Shown here one piece after another: positions 11,267-20,290 of a stretch of DNA of 64,000 nt. Position numbers and translations under genes: made by a program. The stretch's first letter is position 1. Each line of letters begins with the position of its first letter. The DNA is from Blastocatellia bacterium (lineage in GTDB: Bacteria > Acidobacteriota > Blastocatellia > UBA7656): contig CAVXWP010000016.1 of NCBI GenBank assembly GCA_963765495.1, positions 96,001 through 160,000 on the forward strand, read 5' to 3'. The notes below the pieces were generated by a model. That model was not told where the DNA came from. It saw only the letters and a list, made by a program, of their open reading frames with translations, and made no database searches.

Positions 11267-12634
11267 ATGTCGCAATTTTCCAGAGAAGAAATTCTTGCCT
11301 GCGCGGCTCGCGGCGAAAGCCTGCGCGGGATCAATCTTGTGCGCGGAGACATATCGGGGCTGCATCTGGTACAGGCTGATCTGGCCGAAGCCAACATGCG
11401 TATGGCCAATCTGTCGCGCGCCGATCTAAGAGAAGCGCGGCTGACGGGCAGCTTCTTAAGCGGTGCAATGCTTGAGGAGGTCAATCTGGTCGGCGCTAAT
11501 TTGATCGAGGCCAGTCTGATCGGGGTGAACATGTCGCGGGCCGATCTGAGCCGGGCCGATCTGAGCGGCGCGGACCTCACGGGCGCAACTCTCGAAGAGG
11601 CGCAATTGCTTGGCACCTACCTCGTAGGCACCTACATGAACGAAGCCGATCTGGGCGGGGCCAACCTGTCGGGCGCCTACATGAGGATGGCCCAGATGGC
11701 CGGCTGCAATCTGACAAACGCGGTGCTTGAAGGGACGGACCTTTCACAGTCTGATCTGTCCGGCGTTCGTCTGGACGGATGCTGTCTGGTCAGGGCCAAT
11801 CTGACTGACACAAATCTTTCGGGCAGCACGCTGACGGGTTGCGATTTGCGCGGGGCCGATCTGACGGGAGCCGACCTGACCGGCTGCGACCTGACCGGGG
11901 CCAAGTTGCGGGGAGTCAAATTTCCGAGAGCAAAACTTGATGACGCCTGGGCCGACTGGGTGAACATGAGCGCGGGCGGCAACGAAGAGCGCGCGGCGCT
12001 TGAAGATGTTTTCGGCTGCATTATGGGCAAGCCCCTGGCGCAGGTGCTCATCGAAGGCCACGTCAGCGACGAAGTCTGGGTCGTAATTCTGTCTCATCTG
12101 TGCCGCTTTCAAAACACGCACCCTTCGCAGGCGGATGTAAGACTCAAAGCCATCCATCAGGGAATGAATTCCTCGGCGCTTTATCTTGAAGCCAATGAAG
12201 AGAACAGCCTGGCAGCATATCTGGCCGAATTCGCAGACATTATAGGCAAGGGCTATCTGGAATTATTCGAAAAACTCGCGGCGGCGGTCGCCGACCAGCG
12301 CAGCCGCGATAACGGGTCAAAATCTCCTTCAGGAGGTTCCTACAACTCGGGCGGCCTCATCGCCTCCCCTTCTGCCGAGCGCGGAAACGGTTCGTCGCAT
12401 TCGGCTCAGACGGCCTCCGATGGCATCGAGATGTTGCAACGCACCGCTTTCTGGACCAGCGAAAAAGCCTTTCTGATACTGACCGGCAGCCGCCGCGTAT
12501 GGCTCGAAGCAGCATCAAGCGAAACGCTTACGATACGCCCGCCGCACGGCTCAAACCTGGCCGTAGACCTTATACACGGACGTTTCGTTACAGAAGAGAG
12601 CCGACGCCAGCCCTACGCCTCCGCGCAAGGATAG
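11267..12634 (+). CDS. Pentapeptide repeat protein with unknown C-terminal domain
   Basis: A(D/N)LxG-type repeats over roughly the first 230 aa, then a non-repeat region. Confidence 0.9.
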   Translation: MSQFSREEILACAARGESLRGINLVRGDISGLHLVQADLAEANMRMANLSRADLREARLTGSFLSGAMLEEVNLVGANLIEASLIGVNMSRADLSRADLSGADLTGATLEEAQLLGTYLVGTYMNEADLGGANLSGAYMRMAQMAGCNLTNAVLEGTDLSQSDLSGVRLDGCCLVRANLTDTNLSGSTLTGCDLRGADLTGADLTGCDLTGAKLRGVKFPRAKLDDAWADWVNMSAGGNEERAALEDVFGCIMGKPLAQVLIEGHVSDEVWVVILSHLCRFQNTHPSQADVRLKAIHQGMNSSALYLEANEENSLAAYLAEFADIIGKGYLELFEKLAAAVADQRSRDNGSKSPSGGSYNSGGLIASPSAERGNGSSHSAQTASDGIEMLQRTAFWTSEKAFLILTGSRRVWLEAASSETLTIRPPHGSNLAVDLIHGRFVTEESRRQPYASAQG

Positions 12635-12642
12635 CAACCCGA

Positions 12643-12683
12643 TTGAGATTTGAAATTTGAGACCTGAGATTTCTGATCTCAGA
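12643..12683. repeat. Heptamer array (family A) between convergent genes
   Basis: ttgagat-ttgaaat-ttgagac-ctgagat-ttctgatctcaga. Confidence 0.75.
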
Positions 12684-12693
12684 AAAGGCGGAT

Positions 12694-13563
12694 TTATTTC
12701 TTCAGCAGGCGAGCGAGCAGCTCAAGCGATTGTTTGTCTGTGCCTGCGCGTTCGGCAAGTATTAGGCTGCGCCTTGCAAGCAATTTATAGATTCCGAGCC
12801 AGTCCGAATCCACCGAGGCCACAGCCTTGAGGTTTCGCCTTACGGTTCCCGTGTCCCCCCTGCGGACGGGGCCGGTAAGAGCGCGTGCCGGGCCAACTGC
12901 GCGAAGGTTTGCAAGAGTGCCTTCGGCAAGCGGCAAGAGCACCCGCCGGGCTTCCTGCTCGCTCAGCCCGCAGCTACCGAGCATATCCTGGCTGACGCTA
13001 AAGAGCGAAACCATACCGCCCGACGCCAGAACCGCCGCCGCGTGATAGAGACTCTTCATCTCTGTAGCTATTTCAAAGGGACGCGCTCCCATCCTCCGCG
13101 CAAGTCTTCGGGCTGCCTTTACGGCCCGCGCCTCACCCTCTATGCAGAAATACGACCCGCGAATAAGTTGAAGCGCACGCGCAGGGTCCTGAAAAGATTG
13201 AAGCGGATGACACGACCCCCGGCTCATACAAAAGCGGGCAAGCGGGCGAAGCACATCGCTTGAGAGCGCGCCGCTTGTGTGCAGCACAACTGCCCGTCCA
13301 ATTGCGCGGGCAGAATCTTCGATCATCTCAACCGCCTCGTTAATACTGTCATCGGGCGTCGAGATTAGAATCAGGTCTGCCGCCGTCAGGTGCGAAAGTG
13401 ACGCCTGACGAGCACTTCCCGAGCCGATAAAGCGAACTGCCTTTCGCGCGCTTTTCACAGACCGGCAGACTATATCGCCTATATCGTAGCCGGATTCCTT
13501 AGCCAGTCGTCCGAGCGTTTGCCCTACGCGGCCTGCGCCTATGATCGAAATTCTCAATCGCAC
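12694..13563 (-). CDS. Rossmann-like and DUF2520 domain protein
   Basis: IIGAGRVG, TPDD, HTSGA, HPLQSF, YHAAAV, ALTGPVRRGD. Confidence 0.88.
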   Translation of the reverse strand: MRLRISIIGAGRVGQTLGRLAKESGYDIGDIVCRSVKSARKAVRFIGSGSARQASLSHLTAADLILISTPDDSINEAVEMIEDSARAIGRAVVLHTSGALSSDVLRPLARFCMSRGSCHPLQSFQDPARALQLIRGSYFCIEGEARAVKAARRLARRMGARPFEIATEMKSLYHAAAVLASGGMVSLFSVSQDMLGSCGLSEQEARRVLLPLAEGTLANLRAVGPARALTGPVRRGDTGTVRRNLKAVASVDSDWLGIYKLLARRSLILAERAGTDKQSLELLARLLKK

Positions 13564-13802
13564 GACTCCTTCGCCGGGTTCTTTACGCGGCTCTCATACT
13601 AATCATTTGCTCTTTGCAGCGCAAATTAACGCATTATAATTTACTTCTAATCACCTTCTAATCTTCAGAGAGTATAATCTGATGGGATTGTAAACACTCT
13701 GGAGCACGGCTTTCCGTCCGGGAAGCGGCTATTGATTAACTTTAGAGCGACCCTAACCCGTGAGGGTGCTCGACACGTCTTATCAGATAGGAGTTCACCG
13801 AA

Positions 13803-14855
13803 ATGAGGAAAAGCTTATTCAAGCGCACAGCAATCTTTATGCTTGTGGTGATGCTCGGCGCGCCTGCGACGATGCTGGCACAAAATACTTCCGCGCCCAA
13901 AGGCAAGCTTGACGACGACGAGAACCCGGAAATGATCGGCAAGCGAAACATCAACAAACGCCAGATCAATTTCTACTCGCTCGAAAAAGAGGTCGCGCTC
14001 GGACGCAGGCTTGCAGCAGACGTTGATCGGCAGGCCAAGTTTATTGATGATCCGGTCATCACGGAATACGTCAATCGCGTAGGCCAGAACATCGTTCTCC
14101 ATTCGGATGCGAAAGTGCCTTTCACGATAAAGGTTCTCGACTCGGATGACGTGAACGCATTCGCTCTGCCCGGCGGCTTCTTCTATGTCAACAAAGGGCT
14201 CTTACTTGCGGCGGACAATGAAGCCGAGATCGCAGGCGTCATGGCTCACGAGATAGGCCACGTAGCTGCCCGCCACGGAGTAGAGCAGGCCTCGAAGGCG
14301 CAGATAGCAAACTTCGCAATGATACCTTTGATCTTCGCAACCGGAGGTCTGGGGGCGCTTGCCTATAACGGTGTTCAGATACTCGTGCCTCTCGCATTCC
14401 TCAAATTCACACGCGGCGCGGAATCGGAAGCCGACAGGCTCGGCGCACAGTATGCCTGGGCAGCCGGATATGATCCGCAAAGCCTTATCAGCTTCTTTGA
14501 GAAACTCGAAAAGAAAGACAAGGATAAGCCGGGGACATTATCGAAACTCTTCCGCACTCATCCGCCTACGCCTGAACGTATACAGGCCGTGCACGAGTTG
14601 ATCGCGAAATTCCCGGAGCGCGACGAATACACCATAAACACGTCGGAGTTTAATAAAGTCAAGGCGCGATTGCTGGCCATTACAAACTCGAAGGTGCTTG
14701 ACCCGGCAGCGCGCGATTCGGGACCGAAGCGGCCTACACTCAAGCGCCGCAAGGAAGGCGATGACCCGGATCAACCCGAAGAGAAACAGCCTGCGGAAAA
14801 GCCTACGCTCAAGCGACGCGACAGCGACGGCAAACCGCCCTCTCAACAAAATTAG
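13803..14855 (+). CDS. M48 family metalloprotease (BepA/YfgC-like), secreted
   Basis: Signal peptide, VNAFALPGG, AHEIGH, ESEAD, THP; acidic/Pro tail with two PTLKRR motifs. Confidence 0.92.
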   Translation: MRKSLFKRTAIFMLVVMLGAPATMLAQNTSAPKGKLDDDENPEMIGKRNINKRQINFYSLEKEVALGRRLAADVDRQAKFIDDPVITEYVNRVGQNIVLHSDAKVPFTIKVLDSDDVNAFALPGGFFYVNKGLLLAADNEAEIAGVMAHEIGHVAARHGVEQASKAQIANFAMIPLIFATGGLGALAYNGVQILVPLAFLKFTRGAESEADRLGAQYAWAAGYDPQSLISFFEKLEKKDKDKPGTLSKLFRTHPPTPERIQAVHELIAKFPERDEYTINTSEFNKVKARLLAITNSKVLDPAARDSGPKRPTLKRRKEGDDPDQPEEKQPAEKPTLKRRDSDGKPPSQQN

Positions 14856-15001
14856 TTTTGAGTTTTAAGTTTTGAGTTTTGAGTAAAAGAGCCGGAGGCG
14901 GGAACCAACCATTCAAACCCGCCTCCGGTTTTCTGCGTCTGGCCGGTCTACTTCTGACTATCTGCTTGAAATTCAAAACTCAAAACTCAAAACTTAAAAC
15001 T
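14854..15001. repeat. Inverted heptamer array TTTTGAG/CTCAAAA (family B) enclosing a terminator
   Basis: agttttg-agtttta-agttttg-agttttg ... caaaact-caaaact-caaaact-taaaact; both ends overlap the TAG stops of the convergent genes. Confidence 0.9.
14891..14932 (+). terminator. Intrinsic terminator, probably bidirectional
   Basis: gccggaggcggg...cccgcctccggt with an A-run before and a T-run after. Confidence 0.7.
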
Positions 15002-15479
15002 ATGAAGCTATCTGCCTGATAGCTTCATAGAGGACGATGCCGACCGAGGTGGCGAGGTTGAGCGAGCGAATGCGCGAATTTGGCATAGGAATGGTCAACG
15101 CGCGTTCCCAGTTAGCCCGCAACAATTCTTCGGGCAGCCCGCGCGTCTCGCGCCCAAAGATCAGACAATCCCCGGGCTCGTACTCGAAATCGGTGTAAAC
15201 GCGTTCGGCTTTTGTCGTGAAATAGAGGAAGCGGCTTTGCGGAATCGCTTCATAGAGCGCCTCGATCTTCAGGTGATAATGAATCTCTATATCTTTCCAG
15301 TAATCGAGGCCCGCTCGCCTCAGCGCCTTATCATCGGTGCGAAATCCGAGTCTGCCTACAAGATGCAAAGGGGTGAAAGTGGCCCCACATAACCGCGCTA
15401 TGTTGCCCGTATTGGGCGGGATTTCAGGCTCGACCAGGGCGACGTGCAACCCGGCCCGGATGTAATCCGAATCCTTCAC
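15000..15479 (-). CDS. trmL: tRNA (cytidine(34)-2'-O)-methyltransferase
   Basis: LVEPEIPPNTGNIARLC, RRAGLDYW, FGRETRGLP, RSLNL; GTG start at 15479 inferred. Confidence 0.93.
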   Translation of the reverse strand: MKDSDYIRAGLHVALVEPEIPPNTGNIARLCGATFTPLHLVGRLGFRTDDKALRRAGLDYWKDIEIHYHLKIEALYEAIPQSRFLYFTTKAERVYTDFEYEPGDCLIFGRETRGLPEELLRANWERALTIPMPNSRIRSLNLATSVGIVLYEAIRQIAS

Positions 15480-15480
15480 A

Positions 15481-15957
15481 TCAGGCTCTCTTTTTTGAAT
15501 CATCAGTAAATAATTGCTTGAGCGCCGCACGAAGAATCTTCTTGTGATCGAAGGCAAGTTTGGGCGGGCGCTCGGACGAGTGCCACGCTACTTCATCGGC
15601 ATCATCAGCCGCTTCGGCCTTCATATCGCGTCTGATCACGGAAGCAAACACGATGCTTACGGTGTGTCCGCGAGGGTCGCGCCCGGGGTCGCCGAAAGCG
15701 CCGATCTGTTTGAGGCGAATCCCTTTGAGCCCGGTCTCTTCCGTCAACTCGCGAGCGGCGGCATCCTCGAGCGATTCATCCTTATCTACGAACCCGCCCG
15801 GGAAAGCCCACATCCCCTTAAACGGCTCGCGCGCCCGCTTAATCAGCAGCACCTCTTTGCGCCCCTCCCTCTCGCGTAAAAGCACCATATCGACCGTTAC
15901 GGACGGGCGAGGATGATCATAGCAGTATTGCTTTTTATCTCTCTTTTTATCCGTCAT
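15481..15957 (-). CDS. NUDIX hydrolase (ADP-ribose pyrophosphatase-like)
   Basis: GGFVDKDESLEDAAARELTEETGL Nudix box, RDPRG, LAFDH. Confidence 0.92.
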   Translation of the reverse strand: MTDKKRDKKQYCYDHPRPSVTVDMVLLREREGRKEVLLIKRAREPFKGMWAFPGGFVDKDESLEDAAARELTEETGLKGIRLKQIGAFGDPGRDPRGHTVSIVFASVIRRDMKAEAADDADEVAWHSSERPPKLAFDHKKILRAALKQLFTDDSKKRA

Positions 15958-15958
15958 C

Positions 15959-16507
15959 TTATAGCCTGCTGGCTTCCAGTTCGCGCTCGAATGCCTTGTA
16001 ATCGCCCGCGCCGAATAAAACAAAGACAACTCGATTGAGACTCGACTGCGGGTGGGAATCGGCGTAACTTCTCGCGGCTCCCATCATAACCTGCGCGCAC
16101 TCATCTACGGGGAAGCCACCTACGCCTGTCGCAAGCGCGGGAAAAGCTATAGAGCCGCAGCCGAGTCTATCGGCAATCTTTAAGCTGTTTGTGGTGGCCA
16201 GGCGAATGATTTCTGCGCTCGACTGCGAGCCTTCGCGTTTCGGCACGTCGCGATCTTCATCGCGATAGCCCATAGCGGCGGCGTGAATGACGTAGCTGTT
16301 CGGCAGGTTGCCCGCGATTGTTTCGACGGCTTCGCCCAATCTTATGGGCCCTTTTGCGACCGCTTCGCGTTCAATCTCGGGCCCGCCACGCGCGCTGATT
16401 GCGCCTGCCACGCCCGAGCCGAGCCATAGCTCGGTGTTCGCAGCATTGACTATGGCGTCGATGTCGGGTTGATTGGTGATGTCGCCCTGTCGAATCTCGA
16501 TTTTCAT
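15959..16507 (-). CDS. Macro domain protein
   Basis: GDIT, DAIVNAAN, GSGVAGAI, SIAFPALATGVGG. Confidence 0.93.
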   Translation of the reverse strand: MKIEIRQGDITNQPDIDAIVNAANTELWLGSGVAGAISARGGPEIEREAVAKGPIRLGEAVETIAGNLPNSYVIHAAAMGYRDEDRDVPKREGSQSSAEIIRLATTNSLKIADRLGCGSIAFPALATGVGGFPVDECAQVMMGAARSYADSHPQSSLNRVVFVLFGAGDYKAFERELEASRL

Positions 16508-16676
16508 AAGCGATATTATAACCGAAATCGGGGCGGCGATTCTGGTTAATCTCTTCGGTCATTTTATTTCCCTTCTATCGGATTCAAATCGATGTTGCTG
16601 CCTATGCATGGGCGTACGGGCACACATTCTGCCCGTCACCTCTCCAATTAGCATAATGATCTGGCGGTGAATGGCG

Positions 16677-16790
16677 TCACCGTCCTGGAGCGCGCTGCTT
16701 GACTTCCTGGATCAGCCAGCCCGGGATCGAGGCCGGGGCCTGTCTTTGCGGTCCGAAGATGATGATCGCTTCCAATTTGAGATTTATTGG
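16677..16790 (-). pseudogene. Internally deleted remnant of a VOC/glyoxalase paralog
   Basis: Reads PINLKLEAIIIFGPQRQAPASIPGWLIQEVKQRAPGR*, matching pieces (MKLE, ASIIFG, WLLQEIKERLPGR) of the VOC gene at 17701-18378; an upstream in-frame TGA and no ATG. Confidence 0.7.
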
Positions 16791-16820
16791 TCTGCCTCAC
16801 TGAGTGTGATAGCTTTGCTC

Positions 16821-17417
16821 CTAATCCTGTTCGCTGAGAGTTTGGGCAAACGTTTTGCCGTACGGATAGAAGAGTTCCTTGCGGCCTTGCTCCCACGCCG
16901 CTTTGAGTTCCGGCGTTGTGATGTCCCAATCCGGGCGGCATTTTCTGATAACTGCGCGCAGGTCCTGGCGGAGTTCTTCCAGCGTGGGCCGCCCGAAGAA
17001 CCAGTAGCCGTTGTAGATCTTATAAATGACAAGGCCGGGCTCGAGGACAATCGTGTGGGGGATCATGGGATTGTGTACGGGATCAGTATATTCGGCGATG
17101 TCGAGATCTTTTTGGACGGTTCGCCCCGCGTCGGAGAGGAAAGGCCAGTGAGCACCAACGCCGCTGCGATATTCATTTGTCTCAGTGATGTTGTCGGTGC
17201 TAATCGTGACCAGTCGGCAATAGCCAACCTCAAGCTCACGATGGAGTTGAACAAGCCCTTCAGCCTGGCGGCGGTCCTTGGGGCAGAACCCCCCGCGTCC
17301 CAGGACGAGAATCATTGGATCCTGCCCTTGCAGTTCGGAGAGCTTCCGGCGTTTCGCGGTGTGGTCGGGAAGCTCGTAATCGGGGAATATGGCTCCTGAA
17401 ACAATGTCAGATCGCAT
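16821..17417 (-). CDS. Redoxin/AhpC-TSA family protein
   Basis: FPDYELPDH...LSEL, GGFCPKD, FLSDAGR; RBS aaaggtgg before MRSDIV. Confidence 0.85.
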   Translation of the reverse strand: MRSDIVSGAIFPDYELPDHTAKRRKLSELQGQDPMILVLGRGGFCPKDRRQAEGLVQLHRELEVGYCRLVTISTDNITETNEYRSGVGAHWPFLSDAGRTVQKDLDIAEYTDPVHNPMIPHTIVLEPGLVIYKIYNGYWFFGRPTLEELRQDLRAVIRKCRPDWDITTPELKAAWEQGRKELFYPYGKTFAQTLSEQD

Positions 17418-17574
17418 ATGAAAACCACCTTTCTTGTTAACACTGACAACCCTCAACGTGAAGAACTGACAAAGCCTCGGACCAATGCGGCGATCTCATC
17501 TGCCGGCGTATCCTAAAAGTACTTCTTGCTACTGGAGCGACGACCGAGCATTGCTCGCCGCGCCGTTACTTCCC

Positions 17575-17625
17575 CTAGAAAATGATTTCCATCTCGACCG
17601 GGGCGTCGAGAAGAAGACTTGTGAG
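17575..17625 (-). pseudogene. Possible 3' remnant of a RidA-family gene
   Basis: LTSLLLDAPVEMEIIF* resembles the RidA C-terminus (SLPLxAPVEIExIF); short match only. Confidence 0.4.
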
Positions 17626-17700
17626 GGTAGAAGGCGGCGCGCGGCTCTACGTTGCGCGCCAGAGGTCCCGTACTCGGAGAGTGCGGCCATTCGAACGGCG

Positions 17701-18378
17701 TCATCGGGGAAGAACATGAAGGACCTCTCCCATGTAGCGGTCGGCGGCGGCGGCTGACTCCTCCGGACTGCCGCCGTTCTGACGCGCGCTCAGGTAGGGC
17801 GCGTACCAGTCCCACCAGTGATGCTCGGCGTGCGTCTTCTCGAAATGGCCGTGGCGCTCTTCTGTCTCGTGGAGGAGATCTGCAAGGGTTGCGACATCCG
17901 GGGCTTGTGCTTGCGTCAACTTCCACTCGCGACCGGGAAGCCGCTCCTTGATCTCTTGAAGCAGCCAATCGTTGCCATCGGGATCGCTGAACGAAGCATA
18001 CGAGGCGTAGGAACGGCCCTGGGGATCTCGACCCGGCGCGCGCGCCTCGGTGCCTGCGTAAAAGCCGCCGCCGAGGCCACCGCCGGCGTCGTGGAACACC
18101 TCGCTTACCTCGACGCCGTGCGAGAGGAGCTCACCGCGGACCGCGTCGATGTCGTACACCGCAAGGACCAGGCGGTCGATCGAGCCCGGCTGGGCGGAAG
18201 TGACTCCCTTGCCGAAGATGATCGACGCCTCCGAACCAGAAGGCGTGAACTGTATTATCCGGTAGTCCTCGTTGGCGGCATAGTCGATATCCAAGCGAAA
18301 TCCCAGTTTCTCGTAGAATGCTTTGGCGCGATCGACGTCGGAAACGGGTACGATTAAGACTTCTAGTTTCATGTCCAT
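17701..18378 (-). CDS. VOC (glyoxalase/bleomycin resistance) protein with His/Trp-rich C-terminal extra domain
   Basis: PVSDVDRAKAFY, FSDPDGNDWLLQE, then LLHETEERHGHFEKTHAEHHWWDWYAPY; RBS aaggag. Confidence 0.88.
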   Translation of the reverse strand: MDMKLEVLIVPVSDVDRAKAFYEKLGFRLDIDYAANEDYRIIQFTPSGSEASIIFGKGVTSAQPGSIDRLVLAVYDIDAVRGELLSHGVEVSEVFHDAGGGLGGGFYAGTEARAPGRDPQGRSYASYASFSDPDGNDWLLQEIKERLPGREWKLTQAQAPDVATLADLLHETEERHGHFEKTHAEHHWWDWYAPYLSARQNGGSPEESAAAADRYMGEVLHVLPR

Positions 18379-18824
18379 GATTGATGCTCCTTTTCTTTAT
18401 TCTCGGTCCTGAACTTCGATACTGGCTATACTAAAGAGCTGACGGCTGTGGCGTTACGCCGGCTTATTCCCTGCCCATGGTTGCCGCCTTTCGTTGGCCT
18501 TTCGACGCTCACACTATGCCGGAACGGAGCAAGAAATACATCACGAGATTGAGTGTTTTTATGCTACCACCTTTGACAGCCTGCGAGATACCACTATCGT
18601 AGTAGGAGAGAATGACACAACGCTGCCGCCGAGCCGCAACAGAGGTGAAGGTGCGGCACGACAGGCAAACGTGGCTCAAGGTGGCACGGGAGGGTTTTGC
18701 CAGGGGGCAGCACAAGTTTGCCTTTTGGGGTGAATCAAGTATATCAAAGCCAAAACTATCTAAAGCTTTCCGGCAAATTCTGAGGTAAAACGAGGGAAAC
18801 AGAACGCGAGCAGGGCCAAGAGTT

Positions 18825-19046
18825 CAGGGCCATTCAGTTCTTGAGTTGAGGGCAATAGGCGGAAAAAATATTAAAAGTTGAGTTGACGCAAAGGCGAGTT
18901 GAAATAGGCCGCGGATAACGCGGATCGAGCGGATCTACGCGGATTAGCTCATATATGTTCAGATCCGCGAAAATCCGTCGCATCCGCGTACGTCCCGGCC
19001 TATTTCCCTTATCCCTTTCTACATGTTGGAAAACTGAATGACCCTG
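18825..19046. mobile_element. Non-autonomous MITE, 222 bp, ISAs1-like CAGGG ends
   Basis: Left TIR CAGGGCCATTCAGTT (18825-18839); right TIR reverse-complements to CAGGGTCATTCAGTT (19032-19046), 14/15 match; 9-bp direct repeat CCAAGAGTT at 18816-18824 and 19047-19055. Confidence 0.85.
18901..19006. repeat. 9-mer-periodic palindromic (REP-like) repeat inside the MITE
   Basis: gaaataggccg + 4 x gcggat units ... 3 x atccg units + cggcctatttc. Confidence 0.8.
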
Positions 19047-19149
19047 CCAAGAGTTAACGAAAAATTAAAACGGAGGTAATACCCGTCTAATCTGTCTGAG
19101 TTATGATGATAATCGCAGGAAACCAGAGCAAGGGGAAGGGATTGGAGCG

Positions 19150-19383
19150 GTGTCAAAGATTTTGAAAAAGATTAAGGCAAGGCTTGAGCGAGAGGCCAGA
19201 GAACATGTCGAAAGTATCAGGCAAGCAGTTGGACAGTATAAGACGGCCGTTGAAGGTGACGGACCGAAGGATGCCTCGTTTCAGCAGGCTAACCAACAAG
19301 AGATCGAGCACGCCGTAGCCAATTTCCTGCGATTGCATAAGACGCTCAAACGGCTCCGCAAGAAAATGCGAGCCGACAAGTAA
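19150..19383 (+). CDS. Hypothetical small basic helical protein
   Basis: 77 aa, GTG start with ggag RBS, amphipathic helical pattern. Confidence 0.55.
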   Translation: MSKILKKIKARLEREAREHVESIRQAVGQYKTAVEGDGPKDASFQQANQQEIEHAVANFLRLHKTLKRLRKKMRADK

Positions 19384-19421
19384 ACGACATAAGTTCTAAT
19401 ACCGATAGTGCGAGGTAAACG

Positions 19422-19826
19422 ATGCTTGATAAGAGGTTCACGATTGACGGGTGCGCGGCCGATCTGGAGATGGCTCGCAAGGCGCTCGATCACCTGACGC
19501 GAGATCAGAAAGCTGCCGACGAGCAGATTCATAAGGCAGCCGTTCACGCCAAGAAGATCGAAGTAAAACTAGCTTCCGCAAAGCTCGCTCAGGCCGAATA
19601 TTATCTCTCTTCTTTAATGGCGCGCATGGATTATCTGGAAGCGCGTTGCGCCCGCGAGGAGGGCGCGACAAGAGCCGAACAGGAGGAACTGGCCTGGGCG
19701 CATCAGGCACTCCCGATAAACAGCGCTACCGTCAGCAGACTCGCCGACGACCTGGCACAGCGCAAGAACGAACTGGCATCCCTGCTCAAACAGCAGCAAG
19801 TAATTTTGTATGCTCGCCATCTGTAA
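19422..19826 (+). CDS. Hypothetical coiled-coil protein
   Basis: 134 aa, RBS gaggt, Ala/Leu/Glu/Gln-rich. Confidence 0.6.
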   Translation: MLDKRFTIDGCAADLEMARKALDHLTRDQKAADEQIHKAAVHAKKIEVKLASAKLAQAEYYLSSLMARMDYLEARCAREEGATRAEQEELAWAHQALPINSATVSRLADDLAQRKNELASLLKQQQVILYARHL

Positions 19827-20290
19827 TCACGGTTGACACTCTACGGAAGATCATAACAACCCCCGGTTAAAACGTCTGCGCGACGTTTCTCGCCCGAAGC
19901 AAAATAGATACTTAATCAGAAGAATTACTCCGAGCTAAAATCTCTTCGGTTGGGTTAATGGGAGGATGGTGGAACAGGGAGGTGAGTGCTAAGGCCTGTT
20001 CCACCATTGGAGGTCACCGTGGTTGCGCGGTATTTCGTGTCTCCAGCTTGCCGCGCATCCGTTTATGAGGTACCACAACATCCTGGAAGTTGATTGCAAT
20101 ATAACCCGGGTAGATTAGATTTAGGTTACTCAAAGATTAAATTCTTATGAAAACTCTCGAGTGAAAACCCTCATGGCGCGTATCGAACAGCCCGCAATTA
20201 TGCAGGCCATAATTACACAGGTCACAATTATACGCGCTCGTCTGAGCCGGCGTAATTTGCGGCCTATTTCAAAGGATGAGCAATTGAGAA

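Noticed and set aside
13753-13782. ECF-type promoter CTAACC...CGTCTTA before the M48 protease
   Set aside because: The spacer is 1 nt longer than at the 7823 site and a sigma70-like TATAAT lies upstream; too ambiguous to call.
19989-20081. 30-aa Trp-rich minus-strand ORF (MLWYLING...WWNRP) as a RiPP precursor or toxin
   Set aside because: Weak RBS, overlaps a hairpin, and no adjacent modifying enzyme; unsupported.
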